Positions 1-8,739 are shown, counted from the stretch's first letter. The stretch is 32,000 nucleotides of DNA from Okeania sp. (GCF_035285525.1 NZ_JAYKGW010000039.1:30001-62000), one strand, 5' to 3'. The notes: generated by a model from the sequence alone, not told the origin. Made by a program: numbers and translations.

Positions 1-888
1 CAAGAAAAATCCAATACTCAAATACCAAATAGCTAAATTTCTGGCTAGAGGTTGAAAAATTCTGCTATCTATTTTAGGCAAAATAATATCATCATAACCC
101 CACAATAATGCTGGAGGTAAAACTAAAGCGATCGCTCCCCATAAACCATGATTTGATAAATTAAAAACTAGGAATAAACTAATCTCTAAAGCTATCAGTA
201 TTATCAATATAGATAGAAAGAAAATTATTCGGGAATTGCGCAAATAAGCCAGGGGAATAAATAACAATACTCCCACCAAAGACATATATTCTATGATGAA
301 CTGTAACCAAGAAAATTCTCCTGGGGAAAATACAGTTGATAACCCCATAAAATAGCCTAATCCTATCAAGAGAATAGCCATAATTCCCAGAGAAGTTATT
401 TGTAAACTATAAGCCATTACTAAAACTCCTAATCCCCAAACAATATATAATCCGTAGGGAGAACCACCAATATGAAACATTTGAGCCATTAGTGCTATAT
501 TTGCGCCTAAAATTAAGGCTCCAAATATTAATAATCCATGACCTAATTTTGGTTTTTTATTAGTAGTATTAAGTAGAGTATTTTGCTGTCGCCATAGATA
601 AAAACCAACCGTATTAACTCCAATAAATAAAGTTAATAATAGTAATGTTTTTACTTCTCGCGACCACTCTTGCCAGTTAGCAGAAACAAAAGTAATTATA
701 CCTAGTCCTAGAAGCATACTACCTAGAGAAATTAAGATAGTAATAAAACGAGAACTAGCAGCCTTTTCTAAACAATCAAATTGGTAACGTTCTGATAGTT
801 GTTGATACAAAATATCATCAATTAATCCTTCTGTTTGCCATAGTTTCGTTTCTTTACGGAGCTGGCGACGAAACTTTTCTGTAATCAT
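1..888 (-). CDS. DUF2157-like polytopic membrane protein, N-terminal 296 codons (ORF runs off the left edge of the window)
   Basis: This ORF is missing from the track because it has no stop inside the window. The reverse complement from the ATG at 886-888 is open for all 296 codons down to position 1. It reads MITEKFRRQLRKETKLWQTEGLIDDILYQQLSERYQFDCLEKAASSRF, followed by repeated hydrophobic spans (ITILISLGSMLLGLGIITFV, LLLLTLFIGVNTVGFYLW, LLIFGALILGANIALMAQ). The N-terminal pattern matches what I remember of DUF2157 proteins. Confidence 0.6.
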   Translation of the reverse strand, partial: MITEKFRRQLRKETKLWQTEGLIDDILYQQLSERYQFDCLEKAASSRFITILISLGSMLLGLGIITFVSANWQEWSREVKTLLLLTLFIGVNTVGFYLWRQQNTLLNTTNKKPKLGHGLLIFGALILGANIALMAQMFHIGGSPYGLYIVWGLGVLVMAYSLQITSLGIMAILLIGLGYFMGLSTVFSPGEFSWLQFIIEYMSLVGVLLFIPLAYLRNSRIIFFLSILIILIALEISLFLVFNLSNHGLWGAIALVLPPALLWGYDDIILPKIDSRIFQPLARNLAIWYLSIGFFL

Positions 889-936
889 TTTATTTTTAGA
901 ATAAGTTAGGAATTTACAGCAAATTTTAGGTATACA

Positions 937-1118
937 GGGAATAGGGAATACTTAACTGGGAATAGGGAATAGGGAATACAGAAATAGGAGAAAAATCAAA
1001 TAGGGAATACTTAACTGGGAATAGGGAATAGGGAATACAGAAATAGGAGAAAAATCAAATAGAGAACACTTAACTGGGAATAGGGAATAGGGAATAGAGA
1101 AATAGGAGAAAAATAAAA
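937..1118. repeat. 59-bp tandem repeat x3 built from nested GGGAATA heptamers
   Basis: CTTAACTGGG recurs at 951, 1010 and 1069 (period 59). Each unit has 2-3 GGGAATA heptamers plus AGAAATAGGAGAAAAATCAAAT. The array lies 50-230 bp upstream of the minus-strand ATG at 888. Confidence 0.9.
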
Positions 1119-1525
1119 TATAGATGTACCTTATGACTGTGGGAAACACTATATCGCTGTATATAAGTTATTGTAGCAATTAAAAATTTTAACTTAAATT
1201 CATAGATGCCAGTTGCAAAATTGCCACATTTATCTAATTTTATTCTTGAAAAAACCGGGTTGATTTTATAGTAAGCATTTAGCAATCAGCTATCAGCTAT
1301 CAGCTATTATTCTTGGTCTGGGATAAAAGCTTTATTTAAACTCTTTCCTTAAGAAATATTATTAAGGTAAATGTATAAGCTTTTCAGATTACAAAAATGC
1401 TAGAAAAATCCTGAAATAAACCGTATTGAGGTACTGATAACTGATAACTGAAATAACCCGGTTTTTGACTTTTTTTTAGGAGAAAATAAGTACCCTAATT
1501 TAACAATTAACAATCCCATTTTTAA

Positions 1526-2200
1526 TCATGCTTCAGGATTTAATGGTTTTCCTGAACCTTCATAATTTTCATCTCCTCCTACTCCTAACTGTTGACGACC
1601 ATTCCGAATTACCTGAAGCATATCCGTTAACTGTTGTTCAATAGTATTAAGTACATGATCTGCATAGTCATCAGCACCATTCTGAATTTCATCAGATTCG
1701 GCGATCGCTCTAGCTCTCATTTCTTCTAATTCTTGTTGAGCTTGATAACGAATTTGTTCAATTTCAGCAATAGTAGCTTGTTGAATAGCTTCACAGTCTA
1801 GCTGCACCTGGTTTCTCAGTTGGTCTGCTTCCTGTTTAGCTTGCTGTACAAGGCCCATTTCATTTAAAAGTTGGGAAGCTCGTTGTTCAGCATTTTCGAT
1901 AATTTCTTCTGCATAAAGTTCAGCTTCTTGCAAAATTTCATCCTTATGTCGGACAATCATTTCTGCTTCTTGAAAAGCAACTGGTAAATTCAGACGTACT
2001 ATATCTAATTGGTCTAATAATTGTTCTTCATCTATTAAAGTACGTCCCATAAATGGTATTCTAGGACTATCGAGAATAATCTCTTCGAGTCGATTTAATT
2101 CTCTCTGGATATCTACTCCAGGGGAAGCACTGGAAGATTCTCCCTCGACATTTTGTCCACTTACTTCTGGTTCAATATTGGCTGAGTTTTGTCGTAACAT
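1526..2200 (-). CDS. DivIVA-like coiled-coil protein (cyanobacterial Cdv3-type)
   Basis: 224-aa ORF. It has a low-complexity N-terminus followed by a long acidic, Gln-rich helical region ([51 protein letters not shown]...). This is typical of cyanobacterial DivIVA-domain proteins. It sits directly downstream of coaD and overlaps it by 40 nt. Confidence 0.5.
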   Translation of the reverse strand: MLRQNSANIEPEVSGQNVEGESSSASPGVDIQRELNRLEEIILDSPRIPFMGRTLIDEEQLLDQLDIVRLNLPVAFQEAEMIVRHKDEILQEAELYAEEIIENAEQRASQLLNEMGLVQQAKQEADQLRNQVQLDCEAIQQATIAEIEQIRYQAQQELEEMRARAIAESDEIQNGADDYADHVLNTIEQQLTDMLQVIRNGRQQLGVGGDENYEGSGKPLNPEA

Positions 2201-2661
2201 TTATAAATATCAATAGCAATGTGTTTAGGAACAAGATGATCTACAGAGCCACCAAAAATGGCGATTTCTTTAACTACACTACTGCTTAAAAAGCTATATT
2301 CATTAGAGGTAGCTAAAAAAACTGTCTCTATATCGGACGATAAGGTTTTATTGGTGTGGGCCATCTGCAATTCTTTTTCAAAATCTGAAAGAACCCGAAG
2401 ACCTCGAATTAGGACTTGAGCTTGTCGCATTTTTGCATAGTTTACTGCTAAACCGTCAAAACTGGCTACCTCTACATTAAGCAAATGTTTTGTGGAATGA
2501 CGGATTTGCTCTAAACGTTTTTCTAATGTAAATAATGGGGTTTTACTGGGATTTTGGAGTACGGCCACAATGACATTTTCAAATAGTTTACAACCTCGTT
2601 CTATAATGTCTATATGACCGAGGGTAATAGGGTCGAAACTGCCTGGATAAATTGCAATCAA
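2161..2661 (-). CDS. coaD: phosphopantetheine adenylyltransferase
   Basis: [22 protein letters not shown] (nucleotidyltransferase TxGH motif) and [19 protein letters not shown] are CoaD hallmarks. The track ORF starts at ATG 2700. Homologues start [11 protein letters not shown], which corresponds to the in-frame TTG at 2659-2661. Either start is possible. Confidence 0.85.
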   Translation of the reverse strand: MIAIYPGSFDPITLGHIDIIERGCKLFENVIVAVLQNPSKTPLFTLEKRLEQIRHSTKHLLNVEVASFDGLAVNYAKMRQAQVLIRGLRVLSDFEKELQMAHTNKTLSSDIETVFLATSNEYSFLSSSVVKEIAIFGGSVDHLVPKHIAIDIYKCYDKTQPILNQK

Positions 2662-3183
2662 AATATCAGTTATGTAAAAGTTACTGAAGTATTTTAACAA
2701 ATTAGGGAGAAATAATTAATCATGGATAATTAATAATTAATAATGGATAATGAATCAAAATACTAAAATTCCTCGAATAACTATCTTATTTTAGAGCATA
2801 TAAATATAAAAGCTTTTTAACTTATTACAGGGATTTTCCAACTAAATAATTATAAACTACCTATTGAAAAGGAGAGGCTTTCAACCGAATGGAACAATTA
2901 GGGCTGATTAAATATCAAAGCATTTATAGATTAAAGATAAGTGCCTTTTTATTTATTTATGTCGAAAAAAGTTCCGGTTTTTTATCTAGTCTCAAAATGG
3001 TAAAGTTTTGACCCTGAAAATTCTGAAAATTTCCCCGTACAGATAGTCTAAACTGTTCCCTATTTCCTTACTTTACTAACAAGACTTTTTCAGCCAACCC
3101 TAATTATCTATTATTTCCCCTATTCCTTATTTTTGGGAGATGTGTATTAAAAAAAAATTTATTAAGAACTTAAGGAGTATAAA

Positions 3184-5277
3184 TTGACAGATATAAATAA
3201 ACAAAAAGCATTATCATTACTAAGACAAGCTTTAAATAATTCCACTGCTAAATTTAGGGATGGTCAATGGGAAGCAATAGAAGCTATTACTAAATATCAA
3301 AACCGTCTATTAGTTGTGCAACGTACTGGTTGGGGAAAAAGTTTTGTCTATTTTTTAGCAACCCGTTTACTTAGAGATAAAGGTAAAGGTATTACTCTCT
3401 TAATTTCCCCACTTTTAGCATTAATGCGAAATCAAATTTCTGCTGCCCAACGAATTGGAATTAGGGCGGAAACAATTAACTCCAGCAATTCGGAAGAATG
3501 GGAAAAAGTAGAAAATAATTTAAGAGCAGGAAAAGTAGATATATTATTAATTTCTCCAGAAAGATTAGCTAATGAAAACTTCCGAGAAAATATCTTACTT
3601 CCCATAGCTAAAAATATAGGATTATTTGTAGTTGATGAAGCTCACTGTATTTCGGATTGGGGGCATGATTTTCGCCCAGATTATCGACGCATTGTCAGAA
3701 TTTTACAAGCTTTACCAGCAAATATTCCTGTGCTTGCTACTACGGCTACTGCTAATAATAGAGTTGTGAATGATATTGTTGTTCAGCTAGGAGAAAATCT
3801 GAAAATATCAAGAGGTTCATTAACTAGAGATAGTCTCCAATTACAAAATATTTATCTGTCATTTGCTCCGGCTCGTTTAGGATGGTTAGCGGAACATTTA
3901 CCTAATATTTCTGGTAGTGGAATTATCTACACTTTAACTGTGAGAGATGCAGAAAGAGTTACTGATTGGTTAAAGTTTCAAGGAATAAATGCAGCAGCTT
4001 ATCATAGTAATAAAGATACAGCAGAACGAGAAGCATTAGAACAACAATTATTGAATAATGAAATTAAAGCATTAGTGGCAACTGTAGCTCTCGGAATGGG
4101 TTTTGATAAACCAGATTTAGGATTTGTTATTCATTATCAACGTCCTGGTTCAGTAGTACATTATTATCAACAAGTAGGTCGTGCTGGTAGGGCAGTAGAA
4201 AATGCTTATGGTATTCTTTTAAGTGGTGGAGAGGATGAAGAAATTACTAATTATTTTATTGAGACGGCTTTTCCTCCAGAAGCTCATAATCAACAAGTTT
4301 TAAATGCTCTAAATCAAGCTGAAGATGGTCTTTCTCTTCCCATGTTAGAGGAACATTTGAATCTGGCTAATGGGCAAATAAATAAAGTGTTGAAGTTATT
4401 CTCTATTGAGACTCCATCCCCAGTCAAAAAAATCGGTTCAAAATATTATGCTACTCCTATTAATTATCAAACAAACACAGAAAAAATAGAAAAATTGATT
4501 CAAATACGTCGTCAAGAACAAGGGAGAATGAGAGATTATATGGAGAGTCAAGAATGCTTAATGGAATTTCTCAGAAAAGAACTAGATGACCCAAATTCTC
4601 ACCCTTGTGGTAAATGTGCTATTTGTTTAGGAAAACCAATTTTGTCAGAGAATGTTTCCTCAAAATTTGTGACAGAAGCTGTAAATTTTTTACGAAGTAG
4701 CGAACAAATTATTGAACCTGGCAAACAATGGCCGAGAGATGCTTTATCAATTTATAATTTCAATGGCAATATCTCTCAAGAATTACGAGCAGAAATTGGG
4801 CGATCGCTCTCTCTTTGGAATGATGCTGGTTGGGGTAAACTTGTGAAAAAAGGAAAGTATACAGATAACCATTTTAGTAATAGATTGGTTCAAGCTACAT
4901 ACGACATGATTCAACGTTGGCAACCTCAACTTTTTCCTACTTGGGTAACTTGTATTCCTTCTTTAAATCGTCCGGAGCTTGTTCCTAATTTTGCTGAAAG
5001 TCTGGCTAAAAAATTAGGTTTACCTTTTGTACCTTGTGTTGTAAAAATTCGTCAGACTTCACTACAAAAAGAAATGAGTAATAGTTATAAACAAGCTCAT
5101 AATTTAGATGGTGCTTTTCAAATTAATCATTGGTCAGGAATGAGGGGAAATGTATTTTTAGTAGATGATGTTGTAGACTCAAGATGGACTTTTACTGTGG
5201 TTACAGCACTGTTAAGAAAAACTGGTAGTGGTAAGGTTTTTCCATTAACTTTAGCCATGAATCAACTATCAACTTAG
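3184..5277 (+). CDS. RecQ-family SF2 helicase fused to a C-terminal ComF/GntX-type phosphoribosyltransferase-like domain (PsyrT/RqlH-like)
   Basis: TTG start at 3184, 6 nt after AAGGAG (3172-3177). Helicase motifs: QRTGWGKSF (Walker A), VVDEAHCISDWGHDFRPDY (DEAH), QQVGRAGR (motif VI), and the Cys cluster HPCGKCAIC. The last ~110 aa (from about 4930) carry the PRTase-like signature WVTCIPSLNRPELVPNFAESLAKKLGLPF ... NVFLVDDVVDSRWTFTVV. Confidence 0.8.
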   Translation: MTDINKQKALSLLRQALNNSTAKFRDGQWEAIEAITKYQNRLLVVQRTGWGKSFVYFLATRLLRDKGKGITLLISPLLALMRNQISAAQRIGIRAETINSSNSEEWEKVENNLRAGKVDILLISPERLANENFRENILLPIAKNIGLFVVDEAHCISDWGHDFRPDYRRIVRILQALPANIPVLATTATANNRVVNDIVVQLGENLKISRGSLTRDSLQLQNIYLSFAPARLGWLAEHLPNISGSGIIYTLTVRDAERVTDWLKFQGINAAAYHSNKDTAEREALEQQLLNNEIKALVATVALGMGFDKPDLGFVIHYQRPGSVVHYYQQVGRAGRAVENAYGILLSGGEDEEITNYFIETAFPPEAHNQQVLNALNQAEDGLSLPMLEEHLNLANGQINKVLKLFSIETPSPVKKIGSKYYATPINYQTNTEKIEKLIQIRRQEQGRMRDYMESQECLMEFLRKELDDPNSHPCGKCAICLGKPILSENVSSKFVTEAVNFLRSSEQIIEPGKQWPRDALSIYNFNGNISQELRAEIGRSLSLWNDAGWGKLVKKGKYTDNHFSNRLVQATYDMIQRWQPQLFPTWVTCIPSLNRPELVPNFAESLAKKLGLPFVPCVVKIRQTSLQKEMSNSYKQAHNLDGAFQINHWSGMRGNVFLVDDVVDSRWTFTVVTALLRKTGSGKVFPLTLAMNQLST

Positions 5278-5353
5278 AATTCATGCATTTAAAAGTCAAA
5301 AGTCAAAAGTTAAGGGAAAATTTAACTGGGAATGGAAAACAGAGAATCAATAG

Positions 5354-5556
5354 AATATGTAATTAATTCTATATAGATACTTAGCAATTACTATAGTTAT
5401 AAGATAAAATTGTTGTTCTGACTTTCTACCCCCTACTCCCGACTCCCTACTTTCTAAATATGTAATTAATTCTATATAGATACTTAGCAATTACTATAGT
5501 TATAAGGTAGAATTGTTTTTCCGAATTTCTACTCCCTACTCCCTAAAGCCATTGAA
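5354..5556 (+). repeat. 103-bp tandem duplication x2 in the helicase/DprA-like intergenic region
   Basis: AATATGTAATTAATTCTATATAGATACTTAGCAATTACTATAGTTATAAG occurs identically at 5354 and 5457. Both copies then continue into diverged TACTCCC-type heptamers. Confidence 0.85.
5529..5545 (+). repeat. CTACTCCCTACTCCCTA heptamer pair in the leader of the DprA-like gene
   Basis: Exact string at 5529-5545, 27 nt before ATG 5573. The same motif lies before ATG 7477 and ATG 11946. Confidence 0.8.
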
Positions 5557-5572
5557 AATTATCAGAAAAAAA

Positions 5573-7342
5573 ATGTCTAATCATGTTTTATCTCCAGATG
5601 CACAAGCAATAATGTTATTATGTGCTAGCTTTGGTGAAAATAGAAATATCTACCCAGAACCTTTAACCTTAAGTGAGTATAATAGACTTGCCAAAATATT
5701 GATAGAAAACCAACTCGGACCAGGAGACTTATTAACTACAAAAGGGTTAAATATTCTGCTAGAAATTGAGGGTAAACAATTCAACGATGAGCGCTTAGTA
5801 GCCTTATTAGAAAGAGGTGGAATTTTAGCTATTACTCTGGAAAAATGGGTGAATCAAGGTTTATGGATAATTACCAGAAGCGACAGAAATTATCCGAGAA
5901 AATTGAAGCGAAATTTGCAATATTTAGCACCAGCAATTATTTATGGTGTAGGAAATATAGAATTATTAGAAAAAGGCGGATTAGCAATTGTCGGTTCTCG
6001 TGATATTAGTGAGGAAGAAAGAGAGTATACAAATACTATAGGAAAACTTTGTGCATCTCAGGGAATTAATGTAATTTCTGGGGGCGCAAAAGGAACAGAT
6101 ATAGAGGCAATGTTAAGTAGTTTAGAAGTTGGTGGTACTGCGGTGGGAGTTTTGGCAGATAGTTTAAATAAAGCGTCTGTTTCTATTAAGTATCGTGAGG
6201 GTATTAGGGATGGTCAATTAGCTTTAATTTCTACTTATGATCCTAATTCTAGATTTACTGTTGGTAATGCAATGGGTCGGAATAAGTATATTTATGGTTT
6301 ATCTGATTATGCTTTAGTTGTAAGTAGTGGTTTTGATCGGGGTGGTACTTGGGCGGGTGCTACAGAGGTTCTACAAAAATATCAGAAAATATCTGTATTT
6401 GTGAAGGTTGAAGGAACAGTTAAAAAGGGAAATTTAGCCCTTTTGGATAGAGGAGCAATACCTTTTCCTATAGAACCTTGGAATGATGATTTAAAGGAAC
6501 TTTTGTTAGGATCAAAAACTGAGTCATTGTCAGAGTTAGAAAGTTCGGTAAATTTATCTAAAGAAACATCAGAATTAAAATCAGAAATTCAGTCAGATTT
6601 CTCAGAAAAGAATTTATCTTCAGAGTTAGAAACTCCGATAAATTTATCTAAAGAAACATCAGAACTAGAATCAGAACCTCAGTTAGATTTGTCAGAATTA
6701 GAAACTCCGATAAATCTATGTAAAGAAACATCAGAATTAGAATTAGAACCTCAGTCAGATTTATCAGAAAATGATTCATTGTCAGAATTAAAAACTCCAG
6801 TAAACATATCTGACAAAAAAACTGAATTAATATTTGCACAAAAACCTAATTTATCCACTTCTGAAATAACTAATCAAAGTATTTATAAAAAAGTCTTGCC
6901 AATCATCCTAGAAAAATTAACACAACCATACAAAGAAAAAGATTTAGTTAAAAGATTAGAAGTGCGAACTGGTCAATTACGCAATTGGTTAAAAATAGCC
7001 ACAGAAGAAAGAAAAATAATCAAAAATAAGAATACAAAAGAATATGAAATTGTTGCTAAAACTCAAAAAAATCAAACTTCAACACAGCAATTAAGTATCT
7101 ATCAAGCAGTATTACCAATCATACTTGATAACTTAGAAAAACCACAAAAAGATAAAAATTTAGCTACAAAGTTAAATGTAAATATTAGTCAATTACAAGA
7201 TTGGTTAAAAATAGCCACAGAAGAAAAAAAAGTAATTTCAGAAAAATCTAATATTTATGTAATCTCCCCAAAAAAAGACATCGAAAAATTACCTGTATTT
7301 GATGCAGTAGAAGATGATGAAGAAGAAGGATTAGATTGGTGA
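5573..7342 (+). CDS. DprA/Smf (SLOG Rossmann) family protein with a long repeat-containing C-terminal extension (PsyrA/RqlI-like)
   Basis: DprA core motifs: YPRKLKRNLQYLAPAIIYGVG, GLAIVGSRDISEEE, INVISGGAKGTDIEA, GTAVGVLADSL, GRNKYIYGLSDYALVV, GGTWAGATE. The track start (TTG 5513) lies inside the upstream repeat, so I prefer the first ATG at 5573 (MSNHVLSPDAQAIMLL). Confidence 0.75.
   Translation: MSNHVLSPDAQAIMLLCASFGENRNIYPEPLTLSEYNRLAKILIENQLGPGDLLTTKGLNILLEIEGKQFNDERLVALLERGGILAITLEKWVNQGLWIITRSDRNYPRKLKRNLQYLAPAIIYGVGNIELLEKGGLAIVGSRDISEEEREYTNTIGKLCASQGINVISGGAKGTDIEAMLSSLEVGGTAVGVLADSLNKASVSIKYREGIRDGQLALISTYDPNSRFTVGNAMGRNKYIYGLSDYALVVSSGFDRGGTWAGATEVLQKYQKISVFVKVEGTVKKGNLALLDRGAIPFPIEPWNDDLKELLLGSKTESLSELESSVNLSKETSELKSEIQSDFSEKNLSSELETPINLSKETSELESEPQLDLSELETPINLCKETSELELEPQSDLSENDSLSELKTPVNISDKKTELIFAQKPNLSTSEITNQSIYKKVLPIILEKLTQPYKEKDLVKRLEVRTGQLRNWLKIATEERKIIKNKNTKEYEIVAKTQKNQTSTQQLSIYQAVLPIILDNLEKPQKDKNLATKLNVNISQLQDWLKIATEEKKVISEKSNIYVISPKKDIEKLPVFDAVEDDEEEGLDW
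6530..6830 (+). repeat. Intragenic imperfect tandem repeat (72-90 bp units, about 3.5 copies) encoding a Ser/Glu/Leu-rich linker
   Basis: TCAGA(G/A)TTAGAAA(G/C)T occurs at 6530, 6620 and 6692, and the variant TCAGAATTAAAAACT at 6782. The peptide units read SELE(T/S)P(I/V)NLSKETSELESEPQxDLSE. Confidence 0.8.
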
Positions 7343-7453
7343 AAAAGTAATGAATAATGAAGAATTAATAATGAAGAATTAATAATTAATAACTGATATA
7401 CCAATTCCCACAGTTATACTCCCCTACTCCTGTAGAGACCTTGCATGCAACAT

Positions 7454-7470
7454 CCCTACCCTACTCCCTA
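7454..7470 (+). repeat. CCCTACC/CTACTCC heptamers immediately 5' of the DUF58 start codon
   Basis: CCCTACCCTACTCCCTA at 7454-7470, 6 nt before ATG 7477. Confidence 0.8.
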
Positions 7471-7476
7471 AAACAA

Positions 7477-8646
7477 ATGAAAATTTACCACAAAATATCC
7501 GACTGGTTAGAAACTAAATGGGTAAAACCAGCTTACGCAGGTGGTTTGCTCGGAACATTATCAATATTTTTCTTCGGTGCCGCCACAAACACAATGGCAG
7601 GATGGCTATATTTAATTAGTGGCATCAGTTTCGCATTATTAGGAATGGGTGCCCTTTTACCAGGGCGATCGCTACGTCAAATCAAAGTACGTCGCCATCC
7701 TATTCAACCGATAACCGTAGGTGACAGTTTAGCGATCGCTCTCACCATAGAAAACCCCACTAACCAACCATTAGCATTACTGCAACTCCAAGACGACATT
7801 CCCTCCGTCTTAGGAAAACCAGTAAAACAAGCAATAGAAGTTATCCCCCCCAAAGAAACTTACCATTGGTTGTATTACCTCCCCACCGAAAAAAGAGGTA
7901 TATATAGATGGCACGATCTGCAACTGCGAACCGCTGCACCTCTAGGTTTATTCTGGTGTCGTCGCAGTCGAAATGCTAAAGCGATAGCCATCGTGTATCC
8001 TACTATTTTACCCCTGAGTAGTTGCCCTATCATAGATCAACTTGGTCAAGAAAAAAGTCGTCAACTGCACGAACATAGTCATTATCAAATGGCTTCGGAA
8101 GGGTTAACTCGGACATTGCGTCCATATCGGTTTGGCGATCCTAGTCGTTTAATACATTGGCGAAGTAGTGCGCGTTATGGGGAGTTGCGAGTTCGGGAAT
8201 TAGAAGTATCTCAGGGAGGAGAAGAAATTATCATTTGTCTCGATAGTGCTGCTGACTGGGAGCCTGAGAATTTTGAAACTGCGGTAACTGCTGCTGCTTC
8301 TTTATATTTTTATGCTAACCGTTCTTTGTTAAATGTTCAACTTTGGACTGCTGCTACTGGGTTGGTACATGGTAATTTAGCTGTGTTGCAAACCTTAGCT
8401 GGAGTTAAATTTGGGGAAGAAGTTGTGGCAGGAAAACCTCCGGAAAGAGCTTTGGTTTGGTTGACAGAAAATTTGGTTAGTTTAGCTTCTCTTCCTCCTG
8501 GAAGTAGATGGTTATTATGGTTAAATGAGTCTATTTCTGCTGCCAAAGAAATACCAAAATTTGAACATTGTTCTGGTTTAGAAATTAGTTCTAATCAACC
8601 TTTAGAATTTCAACTACAGTCTAATATTTTAGGGAGTAAGGAATAG
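7477..8646 (+). CDS. DUF58 domain protein with two N-terminal transmembrane helices
   Basis: RPYRFGDPSRLIHWRSSARYGELRVRELE is the DUF58 signature. I prefer the first ATG at 7477 (MKIYHKISDWLETKW) over the track's TTG at 7441, which lies in the heptamer repeat. Confidence 0.8.
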   Translation: MKIYHKISDWLETKWVKPAYAGGLLGTLSIFFFGAATNTMAGWLYLISGISFALLGMGALLPGRSLRQIKVRRHPIQPITVGDSLAIALTIENPTNQPLALLQLQDDIPSVLGKPVKQAIEVIPPKETYHWLYYLPTEKRGIYRWHDLQLRTAAPLGLFWCRRSRNAKAIAIVYPTILPLSSCPIIDQLGQEKSRQLHEHSHYQMASEGLTRTLRPYRFGDPSRLIHWRSSARYGELRVRELEVSQGGEEIIICLDSAADWEPENFETAVTAAASLYFYANRSLLNVQLWTAATGLVHGNLAVLQTLAGVKFGEEVVAGKPPERALVWLTENLVSLASLPPGSRWLLWLNESISAAKEIPKFEHCSGLEISSNQPLEFQLQSNILGSKE

Positions 8647-8739
8647 TAAGACCTCTCCCCCAACCCCTCTCCTGCAAGGAGAGGGGAGCATTTTCTCCCC
8701 CTTCCCTTGCAGGGAAGGGGGTTGGGGGGTTAGGTCTTA
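8647..8739. repeat. 93-bp compound palindrome (outer stem plus two inner hairpins), a member of a dispersed family
   Basis: The outer arms are TAAGACCTCTCCCCCAACCCC and GGGGTTGGGGGGTTAGGTCTTA. The inner hairpins are CCTCTCCTGCAAGGAGAGG and CCCTTCCCTTGCAGGGAAGGG. It starts right after the DUF58 stop. A partial copy lies at 30481-30540, and a related sequence lies near 26559-26615. Confidence 0.8.

Noticed and set aside
952-1285. Track ORFs 952-1149 and 1070-1285 (65 and 71 aa, minus strand).
   Set aside because: They translate the 59-bp/heptamer tandem repeat (repetitive IPYSLFP-type peptides) and lie in the leader of the DUF2157 gene. They are artefacts of repeat periodicity.
6648-6839. Antisense 63-aa ORF inside the DprA-like gene.
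   Set aside because: It lies within the intragenic tandem repeat, and low-complexity sequence keeps the opposite strand open by chance.
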